Below are positions 1 through 12,450 of a stretch of DNA of 64,000 nucleotides, piece by piece (the first letter of the stretch is position 1; every line of letters begins with the position of its first letter). The stretch spans positions 496,001-560,000 of the forward strand of contig JAQGDQ010000036.1 in NCBI GenBank assembly GCA_030141605.1. The letters run 5' to 3'. The notes below the pieces were generated by a model. The model ran no database searches. It was not told the DNA's origin and saw only the letters and a list, made by a program, of their open reading frames with translations. Position numbers and translations under genes: made by a program. Source of the stretch: Tubiluchus corallicola. Taxonomy: Eukaryota; Animalia; Priapulida.

Positions 1-123
1 GGTAGGTAGGTAGATAAATAGGTAGGCAGACGGATGGACAGCCAGATAGATAAATAAACATAGCTAGATAGACACACACGGACGGATAGAGGGACATGAG
101 AGAGAGAGAGAGAGAGAGAGAGA
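1..123. repeat. Compound microsatellite: degenerate (TAGG/TAGA)n followed by (GA)13
   Basis: ggtaggtaggtagata... at the window start; perfect GA run at 98-123. Confidence 0.85.
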
Positions 124-1470
124 TGCGAGCCTTGTGGTCTGCTGTGCGGACTTTAGTTCGTAAATCGTTTTCATTTGAAAGGTCTAATTCTAATCTATAG
201 CGAGCAATGCGTTGTCTGTGTATGCAGTGGGATACAGTTTGATTCCTAATCCTAGAAAAATGAGCTCTCTCGAGCCGAGAACCAAGTACATGTATGATGA
301 TATGATTTTAAAAGTCTTTAAAAGATAAATTTTAAAATATTCTTGAAATCGGCCAACTGAAACTGTGGCTATTGCTTGGCACGATAATACCGGTACGGAC
401 CATCAAATTCTGCTGCCTTGTTACAGAATTAAGACATGATGTTTTAGAAAAGATGTCACTATATGATAAACAAAATTTATATACGATAAAAGGAAAATAT
501 TAGCATGCTTGAATGATTCGGTGCGAAAAATGCAAATTAGTTTTTAATCGGCTACAGTGAAAGTATCTAGACGGCGACCCTTATGAAGCAGATAAGACAG
601 AAACACGTCTTATCTGTCTTTCTTCTGTACACAGAAATCTGAACTCAGTTTCATGCAACTTCCAGTTAAACATAGAAAAAAGGAAAAATGTGGAGACTTT
701 TCTGATGATAGTAAGTAAACAAAAAACTTTTCCGTTTGCTATAAACGTTCATTTTTATTTTACATCATGAAGGCGCAGTAATCATTTTTCGTCTATATAA
801 TGTCAAGTCAACAACTACAATAAACAGGTTCTTACCTCAAACCAATACTACAGCTATAAAAAATACCTGTGTACGCAAATTAATTCTTCTTGGTTTCTCT
901 ATGATGAAACCCAAACTTCACGAAAAAGTAAAGGGCAAAAAACTGTTTTTAAAATAAAATAATTAATGGCGATCCTTTTTCTACCAAGGCAGATATTGCA
1001 GGTATATAGGGGTACTATGTTTGAGGCAGACTACAAATGGTATCTACTGTAATTTCTATCATTATTTTAATTTTCCATTATGCATGCTGACTACGACAAT
1101 CATATGGCTCAATGCAGTCATTATTAGCGCACAAGCAGGTAACCTGACGGATTGCCGAACGCAAAACAAAATAGCTCCTGTTTGATCTGTCCTCAAGTGA
1201 GCTAAGCCACTATTTACACAGTTGTCTGTATAGCATGCTATATTTTGGCTCCGAATTCACCAAGCAAGCAATACACGTTGTTTACACTCAACTGCAGTGT
1301 CAGAAACTTTCATACTGTCATCCGCCCTTATTTTTCGGGTGCTAAAAACGTACTTAGGCCTGCGAAATTTAAATTGCGCTCATTTATGTTAAACCGCTAA
1401 ATTACAGGTATCACTCTTGAATTATGCATAGTCCATAAAGTTTGATCTATTGTGAATAATAATAATAGCA

Positions 1471-2435
1471 AGAATCATAGGTAAAAATAGCACAGGTAAA
1501 ACATGGCACAAGAAAAAATTGCACGGTAAAAATTGCACAAGAAAAAATGGCACAAGTGGAAAAGTAGGAAAGATGGCAAAATGAGATAATGTCATTTTGA
1601 TGCAAATTATTTATATAATAAAGCTAGAATATACTCACTGGGAAGCACATCACCGACAAGGTCGAAAAATCCTAAACATGTTCGCTTAGGTCTTTTGATA
1701 ATTATAAACATAAACATGAAACAAAGATAAATAAGCAAACATACAAAAACATGCTTGTATAAGTGTAAACAACTTGTTCATTAAATAGAATTATAATCAG
1801 TACTGCACGACACATTTCACATAGTGTTTTGTCTACATTTCTTTAGGCATTTCTTATGGTAATACATTAATAAATTTACATATTTACATGCTCAGTCACC
1901 TTATAACACTACTTACAGGTATAAGCGATAATAAACACATTACACAGCTTTCCAAGTGAGAATTTCTCGAAATGGGACCTGGGACTAACTTGTAGTTGTT
2001 TGCCCTGGTGGAGATTAATGAAAAAAAAGTACCATATATTATGGCCAAGTTCTCCTCATTCCAAAGAACTATTAACACTCTCTGTTAAGATATCCACGAA
2101 GTGCTTCCACGAATGTTTTTGTATGTCGTATTCCGCCAAGTTGTGTGGAAAAAGGAACGGCCGAAAAAACCTTTTTGGCAGTTTTCACCCATTCCCCGTG
2201 TCCATCTTCTCAACAAAGTTTTGTGGAAATTTATTAAGTACTTTTTGCGTAATAGCTTACTGCTATAACAGACAAAAATAATCGAACAAAGAGTTGTGAA
2301 GCATAATTTTTTTGGCAAAGGCAAAAATAAATATCAACACAGTAAACTTAACCCTAATCTCATGTTTTAAGTATACCACATTTTCCTATTTTTTCCATTC
2401 GTACCATTTTTCCTGTGACATTTTTTCAGGTTTCT
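1471..2435. mobile_element. Degenerate non-autonomous DNA transposon with long subterminal inverted repeats (possibly MULE-derived)
   Basis: The left end (1471-1575) is a run of (G)GTAAAAATGGCACA-like units ending GTGGAAAAGTAGGAAA. The right end (2381-2435) is a degenerate reverse complement (TTTTCCTATTTTTTCCATTCGTACCATTTTTCCTGTGACATTTTTTCAGG). The internal minus-strand peptide LWN...TRANN only weakly resembles the WN...RTNN segment of MULE transposases. Confidence 0.55.
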
Positions 2436-2582
2436 ATCAATATTTTTGCAATTTTGTTGGAATAATATCTGTTAAATTAAAGCTATGGTGTTAAGGATTC
2501 AAGAAGTACAGAAAAGGGAGTAACTGCATAAAATGTAAAATGCTGTTATCATGAAATACTTTGGCACGTCATTTCAAAAAAA

Positions 2583-3438
2583 TGGGGTAATGTCGGCCAG
2601 TTGTCAGGGTAACGTCGGACGTAATCAACAACTTTGTGGTTATGACATATTCTTTTAAGTGGTTTGTAACGTCGAGATTGATCAGTGACGTGAGAGAAAT
2701 GTTACAGAATAGAACAGGCAAGCGCCAATGGCTTCGTAGATATTTTCTCCTTGTTGTTCATTTGTGAATAATATGCTTTGACGGCAGATTGCATTTCATC
2801 CTAGTTTCACTGTTGAAGTTTTCCTCTCTTATTCTTTAGGTTTTTTATATTTGTAGCATTTTTACCAACCGTTAATATAACGGTTTCTCTCCATGTTTCT
2901 AGAACGATCAAATCATATTATTTTTACCTTTTGGCTCAAACGGCCGAAATGAGTGTTATTTATGTACAAAAATAATTAATTCAGGCTAAAAGTCTGACAC
3001 AAAAATCCAGTTGTCCGACATTATACTAGGCCTTCGGGTAAAGTCAGATGCTGCTTCCGTGAGTTGTATAATAAACAAACAAATATGGCGCTTTAAAAAG
3101 TGAGGCGTGAAAGCATCGGGGAAGAAGTAACTTATAAGATAAACCATTTATGAAGCGGCTGCTGTTAATAATCCATACGTTAGGTCTGTTTATCGACAAA
3201 TTAAAAAAAGTTAATACAGTTAAGGAGAAACGTACTCAGCGAGCAAGCTTGTATGTTTACGACCATACGGTTGCCAGAAGACGAGCTGCTAGTCAATGGT
3301 AAAAATGCCAGTCTAAAGGTAAGATGTGGCGGTATTAACAATAAAAGGAAAAAGAACGTCCAAGTAATGGGTTTAGGAAAACGTAAAACGCAGGGTCCGA
3401 CATTATCCTACATCCGACATTAGCCCATTATACCCTAC
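2583..3438. mobile_element. MITE-like element bounded by inverted GGGTAATGTCGG(A) repeats
   Basis: Left: GGGGTAATGTCGGCC...GGGTAACGTCGGAC (2584-2620). Right: GTCCGACATTATCCC...TCCGACATTAGCCC...TACCCTAC (3395-3438). A further internal inverted copy lies near 3013. No coding capacity. Confidence 0.55.
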
Positions 3439-6335
3439 ATATAGGTTACAAGCAATGTGTGAAATCGGATATTCTATAGACAGACTGCCTAGGCATTTTA
3501 TAGAGTGCCAAAACAAACCAGGTAAAGTGTCTAAAATATTTCCTTCTACACTTTTCCTAGGCATATATATATATATAGTAATGTCTAGGTATGTCTAGGT
3601 TTGTTTAGGCGTAATGGCAATTTTATTTTCATTCTATGCATTAGGGTATGTGTGAATTTGAATTCGACTACAGCGAAAAAGTTGTTCTCTGCACCAAATT
3701 TCTGTTATTAATAATCTCTTTTTCTTCCATGACAACACCAGTCAAAATAAGTCAGACCGTATACCCGATCTGCTCAGGCTCAAACCGTCGTTGGTAAAGT
3801 GCATGGAACAAACTAAGTGATGCTGTTTCGCTGCCCAGTTTTTTCTTGTCGATTAGATCTAAAAGAGTACTGTGTTCTTACAATTTTATCTGTTGAAAAA
3901 CATGAAAATGATCCAATTTGTCAGAAGCATTGTTTGAATGGCTCATCAGGCACAAGGCAGGTGAGCCATTTAAAAAGCAGAAATCGTCAGGAAACAGAAA
4001 ATAAACAACGGCGTAATAATAAAGAGCTCAGCATGAGATACCAGTGACGTCATGCTAAAACTTTTGCACGCAGTACCTCATTACTAATATTTTTTCTTCT
4101 GTGAAATATAGCGCATTGAATTAAGAATGGACAAGCTTAATTTAACATTGAAAATGCAATCAGCGCTGCTTTAAATGACTTAATTAAATTTAATATTTTA
4201 ATTTACACATCTAACATACAATAACGTAACGGTACACAATGTAATGGTACAATAATGTAACATACACGTGTAATGGTAATTCATACAATAATCTATATAT
4301 TTTATTGTATACAAATCCAATAAAACGGACTCATTATTCTACTTTAATAATGATTTTAAATTAAAAATTGTACTTTTATTAGAGTGAAGCTTCTCATCAT
4401 CTCATGGGTACAATTAATACATGTATGTTGCATGCTTAGTACACTCCCAACTATACTAGAAAAAAGTACGCCTATCTTACAAATACTGTATACGTGAGGC
4501 CATTTTAGTATGATTTTTCTCAAACTATTTTGTAGTTTTTGGACTTTGTGTTTTTATTAATCCTTCTAAGCGGTGCTAAATGTGGATCACTTACACGCAG
4601 TTTTTCCTTGTTTATCAGTAGTATGCAGTTGGAAAATAATTCTGAATCAAGTCGGTGGGTTAATGTCAAAATGCCAGATTTCCTGGATAAAGTGTGCAAA
4701 CTAACAAAGTGATACAGCTTCGTCGTGTGTTACTTTAGTTCAGTTCTTTTCTACAAAGTTGAAATATATAATCCGGTCTGGACTACTGAGCGTCTCCGTC
4801 TTAAGTAAAAGACACTTAAAGTCACTCGTCATGCATCCCCGATGAGTGTGTCTAAACTATTAAACTTTGCCAATGGAAAACAGCCAGCAAACAAAGCTCT
4901 GTAATAAGGTGCTAGTCATACGTAAAAAATTGGGACTTTGATCGGGTATATCTCATGGGAAGCTCGTGTAACTCAAGTTTAATGTTATTGGTATCAAACA
5001 AAGCTGTTATTCACGCGTGTCTAGACTATCACTTTTACACTCACATTTGAATGTGACGAACAATCGCGGACGTTTGGTAGTCTAAGCGGGTTTATTTCAC
5101 TTCATTTTGCCAGACAAAAGGGCAAACATCCTGTTTTGTAGAAGCCTCGTGTTAAATAAAACTGCGTTTTAAAAATAGTAATAAGTAATTATGCTTAATT
5201 AAAAAAGATATATACTTAATTATTATGTTTGTGGAGTATTTTTATGTCATAGAAGTCACATTTAGTCTGGCTTGATACCCTAAAGTATCAGCTGTAATTT
5301 GTGGCCGCATATGGATTTAAAATTTTTTGAAATGGTCGTTAATGATCAAAGCAGCACCCGACATGAAAACTACCGTTTGAATAACATCAATTTTAATTCA
5401 TTCACAATAACTCAATAGTATAATAGTTACATGGCAGTAGTAGATTGCGCAAATGATTACTTGACACACTGTGTTGTAACTGCATACTTAAGACATCACA
5501 AAGAAATTGATAGCCTTAGTAGTTTACTATTCACAAAGCCGTATTCAAAAATTTGAAACGAATTGTATTTAATTAAATTTTGTTAAATGCAAGTTATGAA
5601 CAAATGAAAATTTCAGTTTGAGGTGAAATTAGAATCTAATGATTTTAAAAGTGAACCACGTCAAAAAGGGCCTTCCTGGGGATATTACGTCAACAATTTT
5701 TGTTTAAACTTTATGTAAGTAATCTTCTAGGTAAGAACACATCGTACAACACGATGCTTTGATGATGGTATGATATAAAAATTATGCGCCTTTACTAAAC
5801 TGTGAAAGTGATATTTATAAATACCGCGTTCGAAATTGATAATTAACAAAATATCATGAAGATGGACCTCAAGATATTATTGTCAGGACATTTAAATATT
5901 TATTGAAAGCCGTTACATGGGAAGCTTACAAGCTGGAAACATCGTAACCGAACAACAAAAGCTGTAAACGTGTAAACATTCTGCATATAAGTAAACACAC
6001 AATACATAGTTTGTATCATATAGGCCTATATGCTAAAATGGGTTGTAGGGCAGTGAGCTTCAGGTTTTACTAAAAATAACTAAGTAATGTATAAACAAAC
6101 TTTTTCCATATGGTCGTAGTAACGTACCGTATCACAATTACGTTTGAGACAGCGTAACTAAACTTGACACTAGCAGTAGCATCTGATACGCTGGAAGTCT
6201 GAAGACATTGAAGGACAATTTATATATCTTAAATAAACCCTACACAATGCATGTTGCAAGCTTGGCAGGCTCATCTGATTTTTGGTTGCTTGCAGAAGTA
6301 CTATTTTATCGCAGTAACTGCTGCTGTTGTTAATG

Positions 6336-6479
6336 CTAATACTAATACTAATACTAATACTAATACTAATACTAATACTAATACTAATACTAATACTAAT
6401 ACTAATACTAATACTAATACTAATACTAATACTAATACTAATACTAATACTAATACTAATACTAATACTAATACTAATA
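6336..6479. repeat. Perfect hexanucleotide microsatellite (CTAATA)24 with a degenerate right flank to ~6570
   Basis: Read directly; it explains the four low-complexity ORFs (NT/IL/VL/IS repeats) at 6170-6682. Confidence 0.97.
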
Positions 6480-7009
6480 GTAATATTAAGACAAACACTA
6501 GCACTAGTATTAGTACCAGTACCAATATCAATACAAAATACCAAAACCAACCAATACCAATGCTAATTCTAATATTAGGTATACTTTCCGATTCCACAAC
6601 TGAACCAGTTACAAAACTCCACATGCGTGATATGGAAGTATGTTACCTTAAATGCAGACAGAATACTATCAACCCATTTTAGCACTCCAAAACGATGTTG
6701 CTGTGTGCATAAATAAAACAGAACGTTGGGCACTTGTTTTCTTAAATAAATCATCCGATGATGCGAATGTAAAACTTAAACTTGTGGGTTGAATTGATGC
6801 TCAGCACGTGCTATCCAGCTGTTGTCTACCGAGTTTTGTAGTTTTCTCACTTCGCATGTTTCCAGAAAATGTGAAATGTTGAAATGTGTTTTTAGAAAAA
6901 TATTCAGAAAAAAATCAGAGATATTCTCACACGTGAAAGTACTTTTCAAGAACAAAGGCAGTTAAAAAATAAAATATTCTGTCTTTAGACACCAAATCCG
7001 AGTCGCTAA

Positions 7010-7250
7010 CATCATCTTCATCGTCATCATCATCATCATCATCACCATCAACAACAAAAACAACAACAACAATAATAATGATAACGAAATCATAAAACTC
7101 GTCAACTCTTCATCAACATCATCATCATCATCACAATCACCGTCACCATGATCATCAGGGAAAGCAGCAACTGTAACAGCAACAACTACAGTAAGCAGTA
7201 ACAGTAGAGGCAATGACGGCACGAACAATATCACTACAACAATTATCGTT
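7010..7250. repeat. Degenerate compound trinucleotide low-complexity tract (CAT/CAA/AAT/CAG)
   Basis: Runs of catcatcat, caacaacaa and aataataat; produces the spurious ORF 6962-7291. Confidence 0.8.
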
Positions 7251-7593
7251 GTCTTAAAAATAATGAACAGCAATGACGTTTGTAATTTCAAGTACTAGTT
7301 TTCAGGATTCTGTGAAACGTGATCATTAGCTTTTGTAATATGCTTGATAATGCAATATGCGGGTCAATAATTTCTGTTAAACACAGTCACATGTTCTTTC
7401 TTTCTCTCTCTTTTGCTCGCTGCTTCTCTCTCGCGTGCTCTCTCTTCATATTTCTTTCTCTCTCTTTTCTTTTCATCTATCTGCACTGCCTACTGCCTAT
7501 CGTCAGTTCAAAAGATGGCTGTCTGTTTTTGCTATTGCCATTGTCATTGTTTCCACTAAACCTGCCATTTAACGTCCAAAATTTAAATTTCAG

Positions 7594-10500
7594 GCATACA
7601 TATCATGTGCTTGGGGTGTACACATGGTTGGATACGTAATGATTGTGTACGGAGCGGCTGATTCCCTCTGCTCTGTGTGTTTTGGCAGACTGGTGCAGTT
7701 ATTTGGAAGGATACCTTTGTTTATGATCGGAAGTGCCCTAAACATTTGCATGATGATTACATTGTTCGAGTGGCGACCTGCGGCTCATGATTCACCAGTA
7801 TTTTTTGCAATCGCTGCTTCTTGGGGAGTAGCTGATGCTGTTTGGCAGACACAAATAAACTGTGAGTTTTAAAATCTATTCTTTAACCTCTTTTACCTTA
7901 CACGAAGAAGCCATAATTAACAGCTTTTTAGTCCTTTTCTTTGATGGTTCGGCGTTCAGTCTATTAACGACAAACTCTCCACGACACTACACATGTCTGA
8001 ATCTAGATATGTATTTGTTGACTTTCTTTTTTAGTATGTATATAGTCGTAGTACTTTTTATTGATTTTTTTACAACATTAAACTGTAAATTGACACAAGT
8101 TAATTTAAAGGAAAACCGGACGATTGTGTAGACATTAGTTCAGAATAAAAAATGCTCTAAAATATTGAAAACTACAATAGCTTTTTTAAATCAAAGCTTA
8201 GATTAAATAATAATTACCTCGGATACTCAAACTTTGATAAACTTTCCAAGCTCAGTGAATCTACTAACATTGGTAACGGTGCCTATTTGTCACATGCGCG
8301 TGGCCGACAAATAGAAGGCAGCACGGTGATAACCATGATCATGAACTGCAGTGTTAGTTTTTGACGTCATATGACGTAGAGCCTTTTTTCGTGACATTAC
8401 GCGTTAAAGCAGTATTGTAACACTTACGCAAAAGCGCTTGACGCGCAAGGGAGATGCCTGCCATTGCACAAACTGTAGTTAATTTCTGACGTAAGCAATA
8501 GCTGTGTTCGGTTGCCGTCAATTAACTTTCTAAGTTAATTATTTAAATATAAGAAGCAATTGCTAACATAGGCAAGAAAATGTGTATTTTGGACAGTGAA
8601 TTAAAATGAGGTTGAGTCTAAACAATCGTCCGGTCCTCCTTTAACTTAAATTAACAGTTGATTACACCTGAATTCCTCTGATGGCTCAAGAGATGTACAA
8701 ACTGCATTATGAATTGAAGATATGCTCACGTCTTAACAAACGAAACTATGAAAGAAACCGTGTTACATTCGCAGCGATGTCTTTAACTACAGCCAAACAA
8801 AAAATACAATAATAAATAAATCAAGGATACTTGTTTACCGTGGCGAAAACATGTACAGATCTCCAGTTTTGTACCAGTTATTGTGAGCTAGTTTTAGCTT
8901 CAGCAAATAAAAAATCAGAAATTTATTATCCACCTTGAGCATCTATGACTTTAACAGTCACCAAAGTCTAACTAAACCCGAGTTCGAGAACAACAGACGT
9001 TAATAAACTAATCGTAGGCTTTTTCACTCAATAGTCTGTTTTGTAGTATATCACGGATAGTAGTATATCAACAATATATTCATTAATAATGTACATTAGC
9101 TTCCCAGTTACATATATAGTTTCTGTACTTACTTTTAGAAAGTTGACTGCAAATTATGTTTACTCTCTGTTCAAACAAAATATTAATCCGGCTCTCGGAG
9201 GCAGGCGCAATAGAGCTTTTTATTGCATGTTGTACGCCAGAGTATTTGTAACTTCTTTGATGCAGACCGACAGACCGCGTTAAGCTAGAACTAATAGTAT
9301 TTTAGGCCTTTGCTTGGGGTAACAAAAACAGTTGTCTAAACTCGTCAGCATTTAAAAGAAATGGTTTGCTTTAAAAGAAAATAAATAAACTTTATTATAG
9401 CAAAACTGGACGAAAACAAACATCCCAGCTGTTACATGGGTATTTTAGATTTGCCATTGATGACCTTTAAGCAACATGCGGTGCCCTAAACTGTGTAATA
9501 GCTAACAGATCATATCTGCTTGCTCAGCTGTTTATTTACTTTCCATGTTTCAGTTTTTAGTATATTATATATATAATTTTATATACCTATATAGTATATT
9601 TATACACAGTCATTCACAATGTATTTACTCATTCTATATTTATTCACAATGGATATGTGTCTGTATGTCATAGAGGAAAGAATGCTAACATATTAGATCA
9701 TACGTCGAAAAATCAAGTTTAGCAAAACAATTTAACCGCGTGTCAACCACCATATCTTTCCCAAGCGCTGTCACACTGCTGGTACAGCGTACATGTAAAT
9801 GAGCACTAGGTGTCATTAGAAACCGTTTATTAATTGTTTATTAGAAACAAGAAAATTGCAACTAGCCAGTCAACCCAATAGCCTGTCTCATCTGGATCTC
9901 TCCTACACACCTTCAGTTAATCTAATCTTATATTTTATTTCAAAATTTTGCAGCTCTTTATGGAGTTTTATTTGCCTCGTCTCAAGAAGCGGCATTTTCA
10001 AATTACCGTCTATGGGAAAGCATTGGCTTCATCATGGCGTTTAGTTACAGTGATGCGTTGTGCGCCCGTGTCAAACTCTTTATCCTTCTTGGCTTCCTTT
10101 TGTTGGGAATGTCTGGTTACTCAATAATCGAACTGCACATGAGGTGAGGCAGTTAATTTAGGTATTCTGGTTAAATGACTACAATGACATCACTCAGTAT
10201 AACTTTAGTTTGATTAAATGCAGAATCAAAATCGATGCAAAACGCGACAGCAACGGAAATAGAAGTCTTTTTTTACTTCGCGGACATAAGTCTCTACATA
10301 ATTTAACTTCCAGTCCACCACCACGCTACATCGCTGCCACCATTAATCTCTGTCCGCGCAATATCCGCGTTGGGAGATTTTAAATCCTAACACCTAATCC
10401 GCAAAAACGAAGCCATTTAAAAACGTAGTATTATGTCATAATAGAACTAATTGACATGCTAAACTTTGTATTTTACTTCGTCATGCGTTAGTTTGTTAAA

Positions 10501-12450
10501 TTATACGTTAGTTGCCATAACTATTGGAACTTAAAACTTAAAATTAAATTCAAAACGTTCACACGTTCACAGTACTCGAAATCGGAAGGTGTAAGCAGTT
10601 AACAAAAGTTTTAAAGTTACGAATCCTACTGTGAATCGCTCCTTAATTGTCAATAGTTTATTGCTTGTTCTTTTGGTACAGATCGAGGTGCCGCTGAGCT
10701 CGCGAGATTCGCACCCCCTTACTAAATCTGGTAGCATTCTCAATCTAAGTTAGTTTAAAGACAGCAAAATGCGGGAATTTTGACGCCGCTAATATTTGGC
10801 GACAACTCGAGAAAAAGGATAAAAATGGCTTATAGGTATTCCAGTTGAACGCACAGAAAGTGTACACATGCTGTTTCGCATACGCAGCTACACCGCACGC
10901 ATTAATCGATTTTCGTAAAATTAACAAATGTATTTTTGTTTATTTAAAAAACCAGAAAATGTAGTGTAACTGGAATAAACGATTTAACTGTGTTTACCAA
11001 TTACACAAGACTGAGTTGATTATGTGACACCCTCAGCACGTACACATAATAATTAAAAAGTTTTATCACTTTTTGTAAATTTTAATTAAATTGGTATCGA
11101 TAAAGACTAACTGAATATATTTGCGTTTTGTAAACCAGTATTTTGCAAATAGGCTTAATGGCAATTATTTTATCAAAAGTTCTCAACTGAACCTTATATT
11201 TGCATGCTCGGGTCTCGTTGTAGTTTTTTGCATTGTAACGAACTATTTTAAATACTAAGAATTTCTGTTTTAGTAATTAGAGTGACTAAGAGTTTTTCAA
11301 ATGAGTTTCTAGCTTAATACTATTTTATTTAATAAAATGTTTAAAAAAATTGTTGTTTTGCCCTTTAGTAATTTAAATTTCCTGGATAAACTTTAAATTT
11401 ATTTAAAAACATGCGTGTGCTTGTGATCGCTTACGCACATATAGGCTGTGATATTAAATCATAATGAGTGATCTAGTGGGTCACCATCATCACATTGAGT
11501 GATGCCTATCATGACCATCATTATTATCACTATCATCATTATCCATTACAATTTACTTATGTTAGGACTTCGCCAAATCTTAACTATCCAATTGAATTAA
11601 TATGTAGTAGGTTTCATATTTCAATTAAAGCACAGTACTATTTTCTCTATAATTGACGTGCACGTAAAGCTAAAACATGAGCTTAAATAAAGCGACATGT
11701 AACCAACATTGATCTAAAAGCTTCTTAATTACATTAAAAGTTCGCTCATCTGTGCGGAAACGATGGAATGTGAACACTTTTCTACATTTCTAATTTCTAA
11801 ATTAATTTTGCAGGTATGTGGCCTGGCAGGCATCAGTTGAACAGAAAAAATTGGAAAAGCAGATGTCTCAGGCAGCACGTCGGCAATCTCAGGTACAAGC
11901 ACATCTACAGAAAAAGAGAAAGAAAGAACAAGAAGAAAGCTTTTTTGGTCAACAAATGGGCAACTTTTTGACTAGCGTTCATGGCGCAGTGACGACGCAA
12001 GCAATCAAAGCGAGAGAAGAAGTAGGGAAACAAGTTAGCGACGCCGTCACGGAAACGATTCAGAAAACCGGTTCCGGAGCCAGAATGGCAAGATTGAAGT
12101 TTACTAAAGCTAGTCATGAGATGGGAAAACAGGCGGCCAGAGCTAGCACTCAAATGGGTAGGCAAGCGGCAAAGGCGAGGAGGGAGATGCGGAAGTCTGT
12201 GTATAGAGCCAGGAACAGGTTGCGGAGAGGGGGGTCGCAGTCGGAGGAGTGTAGTGGGGATTCCTCTAGTTTTACAAGCTATGGGGAGCCTAGTCATCAA
12301 AGTTGCAATGACAACGAGGAAAATGGTACCAAAAATTCGCGCAAAATTTCTGTGCCAAGAATCGAAATTGAGAGCTATGGTGAACCGAACCTGGCCTTGG
12401 CAGTGCATGATGAAACTGTGACTGTAGACATGGCGCCAGCGAAAATATGA
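7594..12450 (+). CDS. UNC93A: UNC-93-like (UNC93A-family) MFS membrane protein, last three coding exons; earlier exons not found and probably upstream of the window
   Basis: Exons are 7594-7861 (AYISCAWGVHMVGYVMIVYGAADSLCS...WGVADAVWQTQIN), 9954-10143 (SLYGVLFASSQEAAFSNYRLWESIGFIMAF...GYSIIELHMR) and 11814-12450 (long hydrophilic tail, TGA). All introns are GT-AG and phases match (1, 2). WGxxDAVWQTQ and EAAFSNYRLWESxGF are hallmark UNC-93 motifs. The exact paralog is uncertain. Confidence 0.92.

Noticed and set aside
6170-6682. Four overlapping 79-143 aa ORFs with IS/NT/VL/IL dipeptide repeats
   Set aside because: All are translations of the (CTAATA)n microsatellite.
6962-7639. Hydrophobic ORFs 6962-7291 and 7319-7639
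   Set aside because: They come from trinucleotide and CT-rich low-complexity intron sequence; only 7594 onward, in a different frame, is coding.
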